From: Chrysomallon squamiferum
Lineage: Eukaryota > Animalia > Mollusca
DNA: 64,000 nucleotides
Assembly (NCBI GenBank): GCA_012295275.1
Contig: CM022670.1
Coordinates: 20,522,001 to 20,586,000 of the forward strand
Direction of reading: 5' to 3'
Position numbers and translations under genes: made by a program
The notes under the pieces: generated by a model
The model's input: the letters and a program-made list of their open reading frames with translations, nothing else
The model's database searches: none
What the model was told of the DNA's origin: nothing
Shown here: piece after piece, positions 13,420 through 50,465 of the stretch
Layout of the letters: each line of letters begins with the position of its first letter
How positions within the stretch are numbered: the first letter of the stretch is position 1

Positions 13420-15489
13420 TTAGAAGTAATAAATATATTGTTACTGTCTCATACTTCAGTTAGTTACTTCAGTTACTTATATTAAATTTATGTACTGTGG
13501 TAGTTTGTTATACAAATTAATGGTGTGAATTATGATCACTTGTTATGATATTTTCTATTCTGCATGCTGCATGCTATGATAAACAAAAAGTTAACATGTG
13601 TTTAAGGCTTTGGATTATAGTATTACTGTTATGATATAATCTTACTCTTATAATGTAAATAAAGATTTCATTACTTTATAATTTGCTATTCTAATCCTAC
13701 AGGTAGAACACATTAAACCAGGTATTATAACAACGCTGTACATGTATTGTGACATTCAGTATTTTTATAAATGTAATAAACCGAATTCAGATTTTGTCAT
13801 CTTAAGTTGAAAATGATTATGTAAAATAAAAATTTCATGAATTTTAACTTATTGATGTGATGTATTTAAAATATAATGTTTTTAGAACACACACATATAT
13901 TCACAACAAAAAAAAAAAAAAGTGTGAAAGAAAGAAAACGAAAAAGAAAATAAATAGAAAACAAAATCCAGTCTAATATGTGCCAGGTCATCTTTCTTAT
14001 AAAATAAGTTAATGCTACTCAGTCATCACATTATTGTATTTCTTTTTTTTTCTTCTCTTCTCTTCTTTCTTTCTTTCAGTCTGTCTTCATTCTTTCGGTC
14101 TTTTTTCATTCTTTCTTCATTCTTTCTGTCTTTTTTAATTCATTTTTATTTTCTGATGTACATCCAAACGTAAAATATTTTCGCAAAATATAAAATTAAA
14201 ACTCTTCATGTAGACTTTTGTTTGTTAATGTATTTCGTTTTCTTGTTTTTTCTGCAGATAATTATGTCATTATGTTATCTCACTTTTTAGTTGAGAGGAT
14301 TCTCCCTGCACATACTGATTAAAAATGCTGCGTTTATTTTATTTTATTTTATTTTATTTCATTTTATTTATTTATTTATTTATGTTAAATGGAAGAAATA
14401 AAACGAAATAAAACTGCATACAAGCAATAATCATCAGCTTTCTGACAACGATTTAATTAGGTTGTCTTAAGAGACAACAAGAGCCCAGGGTAGTTCTAAA
14501 TAATAAACGTGTACTGGCACCATTAAATTGTTTTTCGTTAAGATATATTTTCATTTGGTAACAATCTTGCATAGTTTGTTTCAAAACACATCAGTTTCAA
14601 GTTTACGGACGAGAAAGTTATTTCAAACATTATTAAAAGGCAAAAGCCCTGCCACTTTTCTATTATTGTTAAGTTTTTTTTTTTTCTTTACTGAAAATAA
14701 TTTTTATGAATGTTATTTTTTTTATCTTTAGATTTCGGAGAGGACTATATTATTGATATCAGTAAACCTACAGTTTAGTTGTAGCATGAAAACGACAGTG
14801 ATAGCTCTTCATTATAATAATAGCACGTGCTATGTCAAAGTTACATCAAGGTGGTTTCTCACCAAAATTGTTTATAAATGTGTGCTTTAAAATTTTAAAT
14901 TATATATTCAAGTATTTATTCACGAACAATAATTATACAATAATTCAATATAAGCAGAAAGAAAAAACCCAATTATTTTATATTGCGTAATCTTTATAAC
15001 AAACATATACTAAAAATATGCCACTTATAATGGTGATATAGCGCCTTTGATCTGTTGATTGTCAGTTTTCATTAATGGATATAACACTCATTGGACATGT
15101 ATGAATACTTTACTGATACAGAGCAGCTGTATCCTGTAAAGTGAAGTTGATTATCGCATTGTCATAATTATTATGTTTGTGTTTGTTTTGGAGTTTTTTT
15201 TTTTTTTTTTTTTTTTTTTGTTGTTGTTTACTATTATTATTATATAATTTGATTATTTAAAGAATATTTATGAACGGGACATCTTATTGCTGAACATGCA
15301 CGACAGTCTTATTAATACTTTATTTTGTTAATAGTTGTCATACAAAGACCAATCATTGTTTCTTGATTACAATTAATAAGTTGACTGTAATTTTGTTAAG
15401 AAGAATAAAGTTTGCGAAAGAAAGATAAATATTATATATGTAGCACGGTTCTTTGATATACCAATTATTGATCACTGAAATACCTCAAT

Positions 15490-15750
15490 GAGTGAAAGAT
15501 AAAAATATTTTATTTAACGACGCACTCAACACATTTTATTTATGGTTATATGACGTCAGACATGTAATTAATTACCATTATGATAGAAAGGAAACCCGCT
15601 ACTCATAGGTTACGAGTAGTAGCAAGGCATATTTTATACCCATCCTACAGAGAGGCTAGAATATACCACAGCCTTTCTATAGCAGTTGTGGAGCACTGGC
15701 GGGATCGAAAAATAGCTGAAAGGGTCCAACAGGTGGGATCGATACGATGC
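15490..15750 (-). mobile_element. Decayed tRNA-derived SINE-like interspersed repeat
   Basis: Contains ttttatttaacgacgcactcaacacattttattt...aggaaacccgct...ccacagccttt...gtggagcactggc...gggatcgat, which I recall as an abundant gastropod SINE. B-box-like atcgatccc on the minus strand near 15735. Recognised from memory, not from a database search. Confidence 0.65.
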
Positions 15751-16072
15751 CTCATGAATAGATGATCATGCCGAGCAAGGGACACTAGATTTGACCTAAC
15801 GGCATCGCCGCAAAACGAAAAAAGAAGAAAAATCACAAAAACCGCCAATGTAAAGTGTGATATTTGAGATTATGACATTTGTGACAAATGTCCACTAACA
15901 TTTTTCTTTTGTTATTAAAAATTATTTAATATTTATGTAAAAATTATTTCAACGATATTTATAAAGGTAAATATCTGGATGCAGTATGAATAATAACAAC
16001 TATATAGGTTGTTATTATATATATGTTTTACAAAAGTATTTCAGAATTTTAATAAATTGATTCTAATATTCG

Positions 16073-16232
16073 AATGTTCTTTTGGGGAATATGGAGAAAG
16101 CTGTCAGTGTAGAGACGTTGCTGTGGTCGTCAAATCTGTGATCCAAAGAGAGGTGAATGTGTTGATGGGTGCCTTGACAGATGGAACGGAATATCCTGTA
16201 TTGAAAGTATACTGCGAATATGCCTTTAGAAG

Positions 16233-16271
<39 letters not shown>

Positions 16272-16570
16272 ATAGTAACAATAAAATTATATAAATAATC
16301 TGTTTATGATAGTCATACCATAGACTTTGTATGTGTTGTATTAATGTTGTATTCACTTAAATATCCTCACACAAAATATTACATCAGTATTACCTCTGAA
16401 ACTTCGGTGTTTTTATCTGGTACAAAATAATCCATATTACTCATTTTTCTTTTTCATATAGACTCATGATTAAAAAGCGTCACATTCTTAGAAAGTTGAA
16501 CTGACCAAATTGAAAGAAAAATGAAGAAGAAAAGGTAGGATACAGACTAGGTTTCCATTACAACACAATA
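16073..16570 (+). pseudogene. Relic of the 3' end of a gene-A paralog
   Basis: 16073-16206 is a copy of EGF exon 12260-12403 with the acceptor AG lost and a 10-nt deletion. No TM exon is visible. 16462-16570 is a degraded, internally deleted cytoplasmic exon followed by the same 3' flank. Confidence 0.8.
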
Positions 16571-18002
16571 GAAGTAACTAATGTATTATCACTGTCTCAT
16601 ACTTCAATTAAAACCAAATTTGTTATCAATATTAAATTCATTCATTCTGATAATTTGTTATAATAATTAATGATGTGAATTTTAATCTGTTTTTATGATA
16701 TTTTCTAGTCTGCATGCAGCATGCTATGACAAACCAAAAGTTAACGTTTGTTTGAAGCTTTAGTTTACATCGTTACTGTTTCATTGCAAATAAAGATTTT
16801 ATTAGTTTATAATCTATTATTCACATCAGTTTGAGCGCATCAACATTGTACAAGAATGCAGAACAAAGTATAATAACCTGAATTCAGATTTCGTCATATA
16901 AAGTTGGAAATGCGAAAGAAAAAGTTCATTTAAAATATGTTTTTTTTATAACAAACAAAAACAAAAATAAAAACAAAAACAACCAACGGAAGAAAACAAA
17001 CAAACAAACAAATATTCAGTCTGGTATGTGCCAGGTCATCTTTGATATAAAATAATATAGTTTCTTCTCACTCATCAAATCCTTGATGAGTGGTATGCAT
17101 GGTTATTTGCATGGTTTCGATGTTATAACTGACAGCTTAGAGTCCCCAGTCCTAAATGTAGGGTCTGTCAAAACATCGGACGATGAAAGGTCTTACGCAG
17201 TAATTGATGAATACCACGCCCCTGGAAAGGTTACACAGATGTTGACCAATCACAACTCCCTCTGCACTTCAGAGGTGTGATTTTAAGTGTGTATTTCCAC
17301 ACATTTACTGCGTAAGTTTGTCAGTGGGAAAGTAAATTAAGTTTGGAAGAAATAGTTACATCTACGTAGATAGGAACAACGCTGTGTGTGATCCACTGAC
17401 GAGTCTCGAGCGTATAGCACCAATACGCCGCACTCCGAGGATAAAAACAAGATGACGTGAGATCTGAAATAAAAGACTGCGAAAAACAAAACTAAAAGAC
17501 AAATGATTGTGTCGTCAGTGATGACAGTCCGAAAGAATAAAGGCTGAATAACGATTACCATGATACGAGAATAGTAAAACAAACAAAAATAGAAAGAAAA
17601 AAAACCCAAAAAACAATAACACACAAATGAATGAATGAATGAGTGAATAGATAAATAGATAGATTAATAAATACGTAAGGAAGTATGTGATAAAATTAAT
17701 TAATTTTTTAATAACCACGTATTTTATAATATAAATAAATAAATAAATAAATAAAAGGCTCGTATTTGTATAAGATAGATAACAGGACTTAGTACGCATA
17801 TAGCTGTTATTCAAGTTGCAGCAACAGACAACATTTATCAATAACAGTAATGGTTTTGTTTCAAAGTTATATTGCTTAATTTAATATTATTTGATATATT
17901 TCAGTGCTTGAAATTAATGCTTGAAATTTACAACCAATTCTGTGTATATTCTAGACTCACTTTATTTTGCTGTAACACCCTTTTTCAGATTAATAAATTC
18001 AT

Positions 18003-18202
18003 NNNNNNNNNNNNNNNNNNNNNNNNNNNNNNNNNNNNNNNNNNNNNNNNNNNNNNNNNNNNNNNNNNNNNNNNNNNNNNNNNNNNNNNNNNNNNNNNNN
18101 NNNNNNNNNNNNNNNNNNNNNNNNNNNNNNNNNNNNNNNNNNNNNNNNNNNNNNNNNNNNNNNNNNNNNNNNNNNNNNNNNNNNNNNNNNNNNNNNNNNN
18201 NN
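18003..18202. other. Assembly gap (200 N)
   Basis: Run of 200 n. The round number suggests a scaffolding gap of unknown true size. Confidence 0.98.
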
Positions 18203-20529
18203 ATAACATTTATTGTGAGTTAGCGTTACGGAACAAAATGCAGTAGTCATCGTTCTAAAGGGCAGCTTGACTGTATCAGTTTCTCATACTTCCTGATCAT
18301 ATTCTTGTTACCCTTGCAGTTTTCTTTCAGCATAAATAGAAAAGATAAACTGCACATATTACATATCATCTCTGCTGAAAAAGCCTATTAAAAGAAAAAT
18401 GATATTCTTCAGTGTTTTACCTTCCCTATATATGTGATTTTATCAGTTCATCACAGTGCATGTATTTCTATCTGCCTAGGTTAAAATGATATGATTTAAA
18501 CCATAGTAAGAGATAACTCGACAGACAGTTTCGTTTGGAAGACATTCAGAGAAAAAAAACTAGCTATGGAGAGGGGGATTTGGGTTGTTGTTGTTGTTTT
18601 TTTTGTCTTGTTTCTTTTTCTTTTTTTTTTTCTTCCAGGTTTTCTATCATTTTCCATTATTTAGATTTTAGTATAATAAATAAATAAATAAATAAATAAA
18701 AATGAGGTCAATCTGATTTTTCGGCAATTGTTCAGGATTAATTATTAGAACAATTTTAATGCAAAAGGGTATATTTGATTATAAACATGTTAACACACTG
18801 ACACCAAATTATTACAATAACATTATGTATCTAATCTAAATTGTCATTTAATTCTAGATAATAGATCTAGGAATCTTTTTATATGTACAGTTGTAGTAAT
18901 GGTGGTGGTAGAAGTAGTAGTAATAGTAGTTGTGGTAATAGTGCAGCGATGGATATAATAAAAGTAGTCGCAGAAACAGAAGTAGTAGTAATAGTAATAA
19001 TATTAGAAGTAGTAGCAAAAAATAGTTGTAACTACTATTAGAAGTAATAGTGGTAGTAGTAATAGTAACAGTAGCAGTTATAGTAGTAGTAACATATGTT
19101 GTATTCTACAATCTATTCTAAGTCTTGTACAGAGAGACTATGAGGATATAATATGAAATGTTAGATGTAAGGTAAAATAGAAGAAAATAAAAAAGAAGAC
19201 TGTTTAATAGTTAAACATTTCCATAGATAATAAAAAAAGAAAAACGCAGATTGGCATGTGACAGGCAAGTGGATATGCAATTAGAATGGCCAGTGGATAT
19301 GGTGTTGGATACAAAAAGATACCATTATTAACAAGGATTTTCAATGTCACTGTCATTTGTTTAGAAATAACAGCTATTGTGAATTAATGTTACGGAACAA
19401 AGCGCAACAGCAGTCCTCCTATACATCTCTTGCGCCAACGACCATACTGATTATACGGCTTCTTTTTCATTGTGTAAGCATATTCTATTTCAAACTACCA
19501 GCCATCAGCGGCAACACGGATAACGTGATCTGCAGCCGTCGTTTCGGGAAGTGTTTCTCCCTTTGCAGCAGATAACCAGTAGCCCCCAAAAAGAATTTTA
19601 TTTGTAAATTCAAAGACGATTATGATATTTATAATAAATTACAGTTCACGTAAGTTAAATAATTAGCAGATAACAAAATGAATTAAACAGATGTAAAAAC
19701 ACTACTTGTGACAAAAGGTATTTTTATTAGTTTGATCTGGTGCATAATATATTCCGTAAAATGTATTAATGTAGTTAAGTTGTCTGTTTTGTTTCCGTTA
19801 TTTGGGGGTTTTTTTGTCTTAGAAACCATTATACAGCAGAGATGATGTCTGTACGAATGAATTAATAAATAACGAACCTCAAAATGTAATATTTAAAAAT
19901 ATATATTATTAATTAATTAGTTTATTTATTTATTTGTTGTTGTTGTTGTTGTTGTTCTAACCAAAGTTACAGTTTCGACAACACATCTTTTTCTACATGT
20001 AATATAAAGGAAACTCTAAAAAAAAGTAATGTTCGAGAAACTTTAATTTTTTCGATTTTTGAAAACCCAAATAACTAAACAGCTAATAAAATAATTTTTA
20101 ACTTACTATAATCGGCTATCGTTCGTCCTTATTGTAAAATAAGAAAACTAGAAACTAGAAACTGAAGATTTATCCAGCATCCAGCCATAGCGAAAATGTT
20201 TCGTAGATAAACCAACCAGGAAGTTTACGCAATACTTATTGTCACGATTCACCAATGACAAAAGATAAACAGCATCTTACATTACATAATATATTGTATT
20301 GAAAACCCCAAAGCAAATACTTTTGGACAGAGGAATGTAACTCTGTTAAATTAAACTAAATTTGGATCCAGGAAAACTGGTTTTTCACTCGTAGTGAAAT
20401 CAGGTCACATCATACAGAAAACTTGTCATCATATTAGTGTCATAATACCCCTGTTAATATATATCACAGGTTTATAAATATGGCAGACAAACCGCACAAA
20501 CGTGTACATATGCCTTTGTTTCTGTATAC

Positions 20530-20532
<3 letters not shown>

Positions 20533-20622
<90 letters not shown>
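20533..20622. repeat. (GT)n(GA)n compound microsatellite
   Basis: Direct reading. Confidence 0.95.
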
Positions 20623-20625
<3 letters not shown>

Positions 20626-20988
20626 AAACAAATTAATATAACAGCTTGGACATCTCTAACTTCACCTGACATTTGTTTTGTTTTTGTTGTAATTGTTTTG
20701 ACAGGGATGTTATTGTTCTTGCAGTTTATATATTTATCTCCTAGGCTTTTGGGGGACAATTGTTTGGTTATTTTAAACTTTCTAATAGAGTTTTTTTTTT
20801 TCTTCCTTTTCTTTCTTTTTCAAATTTAACAGCAGTATTTAATTTTAATAACGTTTTATTGTTTAAACGAGCATAAAATTTGTTTTAAAATAATTACTAA
20901 ATAAAATGCTGTTATTAGAAACTAATTAGGCTTTTTTATTTTATTTTATTTTATTTTTATTTTTTATTTTTTTATGCTTTTGTCACAG

Positions 20989-22385
20989 AATATCAGATTG
21001 GTTTGTATGGATCAAACTGTAATAAGTTTTGTTCCAGCAGACACAGTTTACATCAGTCTATATGTAACACACTGACTGGGACTTGTAATGGACAGTTTGA
21101 GCTGGATGGAAAGGAATTGACTGAACTGAAGGTAGGTACAGATATACACATTTTTATTTTTGCATGTATTTATGTATATGTGTGTGTGTATTTATGTATG
21201 TATGTATGTATGTATGTATGTATGTATGTGTACATATATCCATCCATCCATACATACATACACAGAGGTGAGTGCGTTTCCGAATATTGTCTATATGCAG
21301 TCTAATCAGACGAATAGAATATGTATTCCTAAATATATTCCTGCCAGTGCCAGGTTTCCCACAGAAACAAAATGCATAGAAAAATGACGAAAGACAAATA
21401 ATGGCGTACTTCGTTAGGAAGTGATGATTATCCTCGTTGCGATTGCCAGTTTCATTAACAAGAAACAAATAGACAAAAACACTCAAAAACATTATTAACT
21501 ATATAATGTCAGTTTAATTAAAGTTAATGACAACCAGAAGCGATAACATTTTTTTTCTAAATCATAGAAAACAAATCAGAATGTCTAATGGATTGTGTTT
21601 AGTCTGAAGTTTCCTTGTTTAGAATAGAGAAAATGTCACATATATTTGTGTGTGCTTATGTGTATGTATGTGTGTGTATGTGTGTACAGCAATCTTTTTA
21701 ATGAAATTATGTAAAGTGTAATTACAGAATGTGTTAAAGAAGTGACCTGTGGAAGGATTTATTTACAGAATACTAAACTGAAATATTTTCTACTTAATTT
21801 TCATATTATTGTTATTATAAATTCAGTGAATATACATCTGGACAATAGACTATTAAATTAACTGAAAACACATACTCTTAATGTTTTATTTATTAATCCA
21901 CACAACAAGAAATATTAAATTTTTTCTTCTTTTTTCATAAAAATTAACAGCTAAGCAAAGTCAGAATTTAGAGTAATAAGATTTTATTATTTGTGAAACA
22001 GAATCTCTCTACGTGTTAAATATTTTAATTATATAAAATATGCACTTACTAACTAATAACGTAAAAAAGGAATACATCTGCTGATTATACGAAGACAAAC
22101 ATCCTCCACAGAACTTTCAGTATCATTTGCAAGAAACGGCAAATGTCATCCCAGAATAGCAGCTACTCCGTCATCAGTGTATGAAGTATTTGATGAAGAT
22201 GTCAATAGAGTCATACCACTAGATCACAATGGCACTCAAACAATTTCACCAAGTGGTGATGAGACAAGTTATGTAAACACCTGACATCAAGAAGAACTGA
22301 AGTATTCGAGAAATAAACGATTATGATAAACTAGATACTGATGTTACTGGACAGGGATCTCCATACGAAATTTTTTTAAAAGTAA
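20989..22385 (+). pseudogene. Relic of a B/C-type receptor paralog
   Basis: 20989-21131 is an EGF exon homologous to 43535-43678 with Cys losses and a 1-nt frameshift. 21728-21755 is the 5' stub of the 46398-type exon. About 22075-22385 is a cytoplasmic exon copy (LIIRRQTSSTELSVSF...SSVYEVFDED...ETSYVNT*) with TGA at 22282-22284 and no acceptor or TM exon visible. Confidence 0.85.
21262..21415. mobile_element. Interspersed repeat or MITE-like fragment, second copy at about 52773-52940
   Basis: Both copies share gtgcgt..gaatattgtctat..gcagt, agtgccaggtttc.caca and aaaaatgacgaaagacaaa, and sit in non-homologous contexts. Both begin near a cagrgg-like end. Confidence 0.55.
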
Positions 22386-24347
22386 TATATAGATATGTAG
22401 ACACAGCTTTTATAAGTAAAGATAAAATGATTTATTAATTATTTTAGCAATGTCTGTAAAGCACATGTACTATTTTGATGTATACCATAACTTTATAAAA
22501 GAAACATTATTTCTCTTAATAATATGAACAATATAAATCATTTTAGTCACTTCATTATAGATAAGTAAATAGATTTCTAAATGCCAATTGTCCAAATTAT
22601 ACTAATACTAATATTGTATTACTCGTCTGACATTGCATATGGTAGAAATTAAATAAAACAGTCCGAGTATTACTATTAGAACAGTAAATTAACAATGTAT
22701 TATGTCATCATGACAGATTGTCTTTATTCTAAACAGACGGAGCCCTACTGAGTACTAAAAATATTGTTACCGCAAGATGACGATGCTCATAGTCTGATCA
22801 GAAGTATATTATACAGACTGACTAACTAATTACGAAAGATTAGATCTACTGGAACACGTTATTACAGTAAACTAAAAATGAATAATTTTTTTATATGTTC
22901 GTGGCGGCCAACAACCGTGACACAAACCAGATACTGGAACATCATATCATATCACATGCACACGTTTGTAAATAGGCAACTTAACGCTGATACATTTATA
23001 CATACATACATACATTCATGCATATGCACATACATACATATGCTCATACATAAAAATACATACATATACACATTCACACATACATACATACATACTTATA
23101 AAAGATCAAATAACATAGCTCTAAGCTTAGTATAAATATATATATGATACGTACGGATAGTGAAATTTGATACACTTCAGTCTACATTTTATTACAGTTC
23201 TTTTCAAATATTTAGCCATTCGTGCATGCTTAAATACATACTGACACTAAGAACTGACCTTTTTACATGAAACATTTGTCTCGTTGTAGAAGAATCAACA
23301 GATCTCTATAGTTTTCGATACGCTCGGTCTAGCTGTCTGATATGTCTGAAAGATAACTTGTGGCGAAGAGCAAGATTATTTATCGTTATGGTGTTTGTTT
23401 CATATATCTGGGTGTATTAATAATACTTGTTTGTTACATTAAATGCTACGTATTTTATTAGTATGATCTGTGTTATCGCATGAACAGTAAAGGCATAGTC
23501 TGAGTAAATCGCTCTAGGTCAAACGATCAGCATAGAAAAAACGATTTTATATTTACTAACGTATCATTTCTGTATTTATAAAAATCATAATACAGTATTA
23601 AGTTATGTTTTATTTTTATTAATATCTTAAAATAAAGTTATTATCATCACTGTTCAAATATTTTTATGTTTTGCACAGTCACGTAGATTAATCATGTGAT
23701 AGTGTTACGCGCTATAATTTACTCATTCGTTTATTTTTAATTATTTAATTGTTTTCTTTTTCAGAATTGTTTTTAAGGTTTTTCTTTCAGTTTCAGATCT
23801 GATAATTCTTTACTTTTAAAAGAATCAGCTGTATTCATTGATTTATATACACACGCACGCACGCACGCACAAACATTTATATATATAGATCCCCTGAATA
23901 AATGTATGTATGTATGTTTATGTGTTTCTATGTATATATATGTGTCCATGTTTTGTGATGTGTTTTATATTGGTATATAACAGCTGACAATATAGGGGTA
24001 TTCATGTCTCCACACTTCCTCCGTAAGCAAAGCCTATTAGCTATCTTTACTACGATCAACAATGATCAATATGAAAACACCGCTTGTGGGACAATGTGGA
24101 GGCCGAAAATTAAACTTCATGGGTGTGGAAATAGCACGCTTTGATTGGTTGAAGTTCCGAAACGATTGACACCTGTGGAAGCATGAAAAACTTGACTGAT
24201 GAGAGAATGTATATAAAAAGTTTTCTAGGTATTGTGACATAATTTTAGTACGAGTAAAAACCTTTAAAATCAGTGTGTTTAATTTATATAGTGTTTATCG
24301 AGTCTTGTGTAAACTCTCAATTTTACTTCCTGGACGGCCTGTCTACG

Positions 24348-32488
<8,141 letters not shown>

Positions 32489-34282
32489 TAAACACACACA
32501 TACAGACAAACACACACACCAAATATTTCGTCATGGTTTCTGAGTGAGAGTAAAATGATTTATTAAATATATTTTAGCAATCTTTGTACTATAAAAATAT
32601 ATAAAAATATACTAATAACATGAACAATATAAAGTATTTTATATCAAACAGATTTACATATGTTTCAAAGACATTTCTATCGATTGCTGATATTTCATTA
32701 AATGTCTGATATCGCGCATTGTGAATATTTAGTAAAAGTAATAGTCTGAATATTACTATTAATTAATAATGTACTAATATCATCATGACGACTGTTTCAT
32801 AAGAAATTGCTGATTATATTTTATAAGCAGCTTGAACTGAGTAATAAAAGTATTTTAACCAACATTGTATGTTGTACAGAATATTTGCTGGGTTTGTGAA
32901 TACATTTCATTGAGTAGTTTGCACTGCATACAAAAGTGTAAAGTTTAAATCATACAAGAATGGAGACTAATCCTATTTATACGAGACTCAAGATGAAGAT
33001 TCCCATAGTCTGATCAAGAGTATATTGTACAGACTGACACTAACCAATTACGAAAGATTTAATCGAACGAAATCTTATTGTAATAAACTAAAACTGTATT
33101 ATTTTGTGCATGTTCATGGCGGCCCGCATAGATGACTTAGACCAGTTAGAAGAACTCATAAATTTATATAAAAGATTAATAAACCAACAAAATATAAATT
33201 ATCATGATAAATATCAGTTTGTAAGTGCTACGTAATATGAACTACGTAAAAGCAGATCAGAGTGATTTCTATAGCGGTATTGCTTCGAATATAGATTTGA
33301 CTACATTTACAAGTCAATCTTCGGCCAATAACGTTTATTTTCTTGTTTCTTAAAAGCTTTTTCACTTTATCTGTTTTCTTTTCTTTTTTCTTTAATAACT
33401 TAACGAGGTAGTTCACAAGTGTTTAATTCTGGAAAAAATATACATATTATTTGTTTGGTTCTTTTTTGGTTTTTTAATATATAAAGAAGGTTTACAAGAT
33501 ATTTAACGTTTTCGAGGTGTTTTCAAACAATATTAAAACTAAGACTTAAACCCCTTTATTTACAAAAAATAATGTTTGCTATCATACACGTCCTGTAACT
33601 TACGATCATACCACATAATATCTTTACCAGCATACACGCATAGACACACACATACATACAAACACATATCTATTCTTACATACATACATACTACATGTAC
33701 ACACACACACACATACACATACATACATACATATACATATAGTTAAATGCATGCATACATACATACAAACATTCTGATACTATATATAAAATATAGTACA
33801 TATGCTGATAAAAAATTTAAAAACATATCTGTAGACTACCATACGTATCAATAGTGACATTCTAATAGGAAAAGATTACTCATCAATCTACAAACTGCTC
33901 CAGTTCGTTTCTAATATTTATCCATTCATGCATGTCCATGTTGTGAATAATATTAATAACTGATCTCTAGCTTCAAACGTTTGTCTCGTTATAGAACAGT
34001 CAACTGAGCTGTTTTCTCTGCACTCTGTTATGTCTAGAAGACAACTTATGGCGAAGTACAAAATTATGTATAGTTATGGTGTTCGATTCATATACCTTGA
34101 TGTGTAAATAATACTTTTATATTACATTAAATGCGTCAATTTTTATTATTATTATTATATGTTTTATCGCATGAACAGTAGTCAGACGCTCTAGGTCAAA
34201 CGCTCTAGGTCAGCTGTATTCATTTACCATATACCCGTACCCACATAAGAACATACGCCCACAGACATATTATTTTTACACA

Positions 34283-34322
<40 letters not shown>

Positions 34323-34544
34323 AACAGGTGTGTGTTTGTGTGAGAGAATGTATATGAAAATTTTACTGTGTGTTTTAACCTTATTTTAGTACGAGTAATT
34401 ATTTGTTTTCGTGGATCCAACTTTAACCTCAGTGTGTTTAATTTACCAGGCTATATCAGATGTTTATCTTTTCTCATTGGTGAATGATGATAATGAGTCT
34501 TGTGTTAACTCGCAATTTTACTTTGTCTACGAAACATTTTCGCT

Positions 34545-34623
34545 ATGGCTGGGTGCTACACAAGTCTTCAGTTTCTAGTTTGTTGTTTGATTTTACAGTC
34601 AGGTCAGATAACAGCCGAATATA
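34545..34623 (+). CDS. Distal signal-peptide exon upstream of gene C
   Basis: MAGCYTSLQFLVCCLILQSGQITAEY followed by A|GTAAGT; intact. Confidence 0.65.
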
Positions 34624-36464
34624 GTAAGTTATGAAACATTATTGTTGTTGTTGTTGTTGTTGTTGTTTCTGTTGTTGACGTTGTTACAGGTAGAGGTGGT
34701 GATAGTACATGTTTGAGAGAGTTAGAGAAATAATGTACCAGGAAGATATTACGTTTCCTTTTTTATTATCATGTGTCTTCTTTCGTGTAAATCTGCTGTT
34801 TATTGTTACAGCATTATCAAAACCATATTAAACAACACAATCACATAAGTAGTATATTATCTATTTATTATTTAACGTACTTTCAGAGGACACTGATATA
34901 TAAGTTTGATGAAAGATGAGTTACTTTATAACGTAAATATACGGTGATAACAAATACTTGCATTCTAAGTGTCACAGAAACAAACATGAGTACTGAATAT
35001 TTCTATATAAACTGTTTTGATCTCACTAGATAGCACTAAACATAATTCTTTAATTATAATTGTACTTTCCTGTACATGAACACAATTTTAGTTTAAATGA
35101 CTGGCTGCTTTTAGTAAAATATTCACAGAAATAATATTGTGAAAACATTTATAAGAGCCATAATTGCTGTAGCAAGGCTGTCATTCCTATAAACAATTAC
35201 ATTAACTATACTGTTGAGACACTGATATAGCTCTATGTATTATTACTACAATAAATATAACAATTATTTATAATTACACTGTATATTTAATACAAGTAGT
35301 TTTGAATACTGAAGCGGTCTGTTGGACTTCAGATAAACTGGAGAATACAAAATTAAAAAGATATATATAATAGTTGCTATTAGTACTAATAATACTATTA
35401 ATAACAATTTCCTCAAAAGACCTGTAATTTTATTAAATGTCTAATATCATATATTGTGAATATTTAGTAAAATTAATAGGCTGAATATTACTATTAATTA
35501 ATTATGTACAGTTGGAGTTGAACTGAGTACTGAAAGTATAGTAACCAACATTTTACGTTGCAAATAAAAATATTTATATGAGGCACACGATGATCATTCA
35601 CTTAGTCTGATCAAGAGTATATTATACAGACTGACACTAACCAATTTCGAAAGATTGGATCCAAGGAAATATTTTATTGTAATAAACTAAAAATGTTTTA
35701 TTTCATATATATTCATGGCGGCCAACAATCATGATCTAAACCAGTTACAGGAACATCATACTAAAAACTAATAAGACAAAAAGATGTAAATTATTAAGAT
35801 AAACAGGATTTTAAAAGTGCTGTATAGCAATTTATAAACAATATTACAATATTTTTGTTTCGCTTTTTCTGTTTTCCTTTTCAATATGTGTAATATGGTG
35901 CCTCACAAGTGTTTGATTCTGGAAAAAGTATACACATTTATTTAAAAAATATTTAGACGATATTTAGAGGGTATTTAGCGTATTCAGGATATTTTCAAAC
36001 GATATAAAAACTCACATTTAAATTCTTTTACTAAGAATTAAATTTTTCTATCATACACAGCTCAGTAACTTATATTCTTTACCAGTTTTATTACCTTTTT
36101 GTTATTTCAGAATTATTCCCCTTGAAATCGTATTATGATTTTTTTTTCTTCATAGAAACAGTGACCGCGTAGTAGTAGTTTGAGTCAATCGCTCTATGTC
36201 AGGCCTGCATCTTAGTTTTATTAAACATGTTAATTACACTAAAGATTTATTCTCTAAACTATAATAATAGAATTAAATATCACAACATCCGTATCGAGAA
36301 GTCATTCACTATAATAAACGCATTAACAAAATAAAATTCTCAAGTCTTGTATTATTTGTTAAATTTTGTAATTATCAGCATAACAATTCTAAGCTTCTTC
36401 TTTCCTTTTCTTCTCTGATAATCCTTTACTTTTAAAAGAAGTAGCTGTATTTTTAAATATTCAC

Positions 36465-36495
<31 letters not shown>

Positions 36496-36891
36496 GATAT
36501 ACATGTGTGAGAGTATATATGTTTCTGTGTTTTGTTTATATATGCGTATATATTTGTATATGTGTATTTGTCTATGTTCTTATTATTTGTTTTATATTCT
36601 TATACGTAAGTTGACAATATAGGGGTATTATTACACCTTTCTGATGAAAGAATGTGTTGTGACCTAATTTCAGTACGAGTAAAAAACCTGTTTTGCTGGA
36701 TCCAAATTAAACCTCAGTGTGTTTAATTTAATATGAATACCTTCCTCTCTTCAGTTCATATTTGTTAAGACCTTTTCACCAGAATATATTAGATGGTGTT
36801 TATCTTTTCTCATTGGTGAATCGCGACAACGAGTCTTGTGTAAACTCGCAGTTTTACTTCCTGGTTGCTTTGTCTACGAAACATTTTCGCT

Positions 36892-50465
<13,574 letters not shown>

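Noticed and set aside
17872-18250. ORFs containing poly-X
   Set aside because: Artefacts of reading through the N gap.
18203-18260. Short similarity to about 19367-19420
   Set aside because: About 50 bp, next to the gap, with no interpretable structure.
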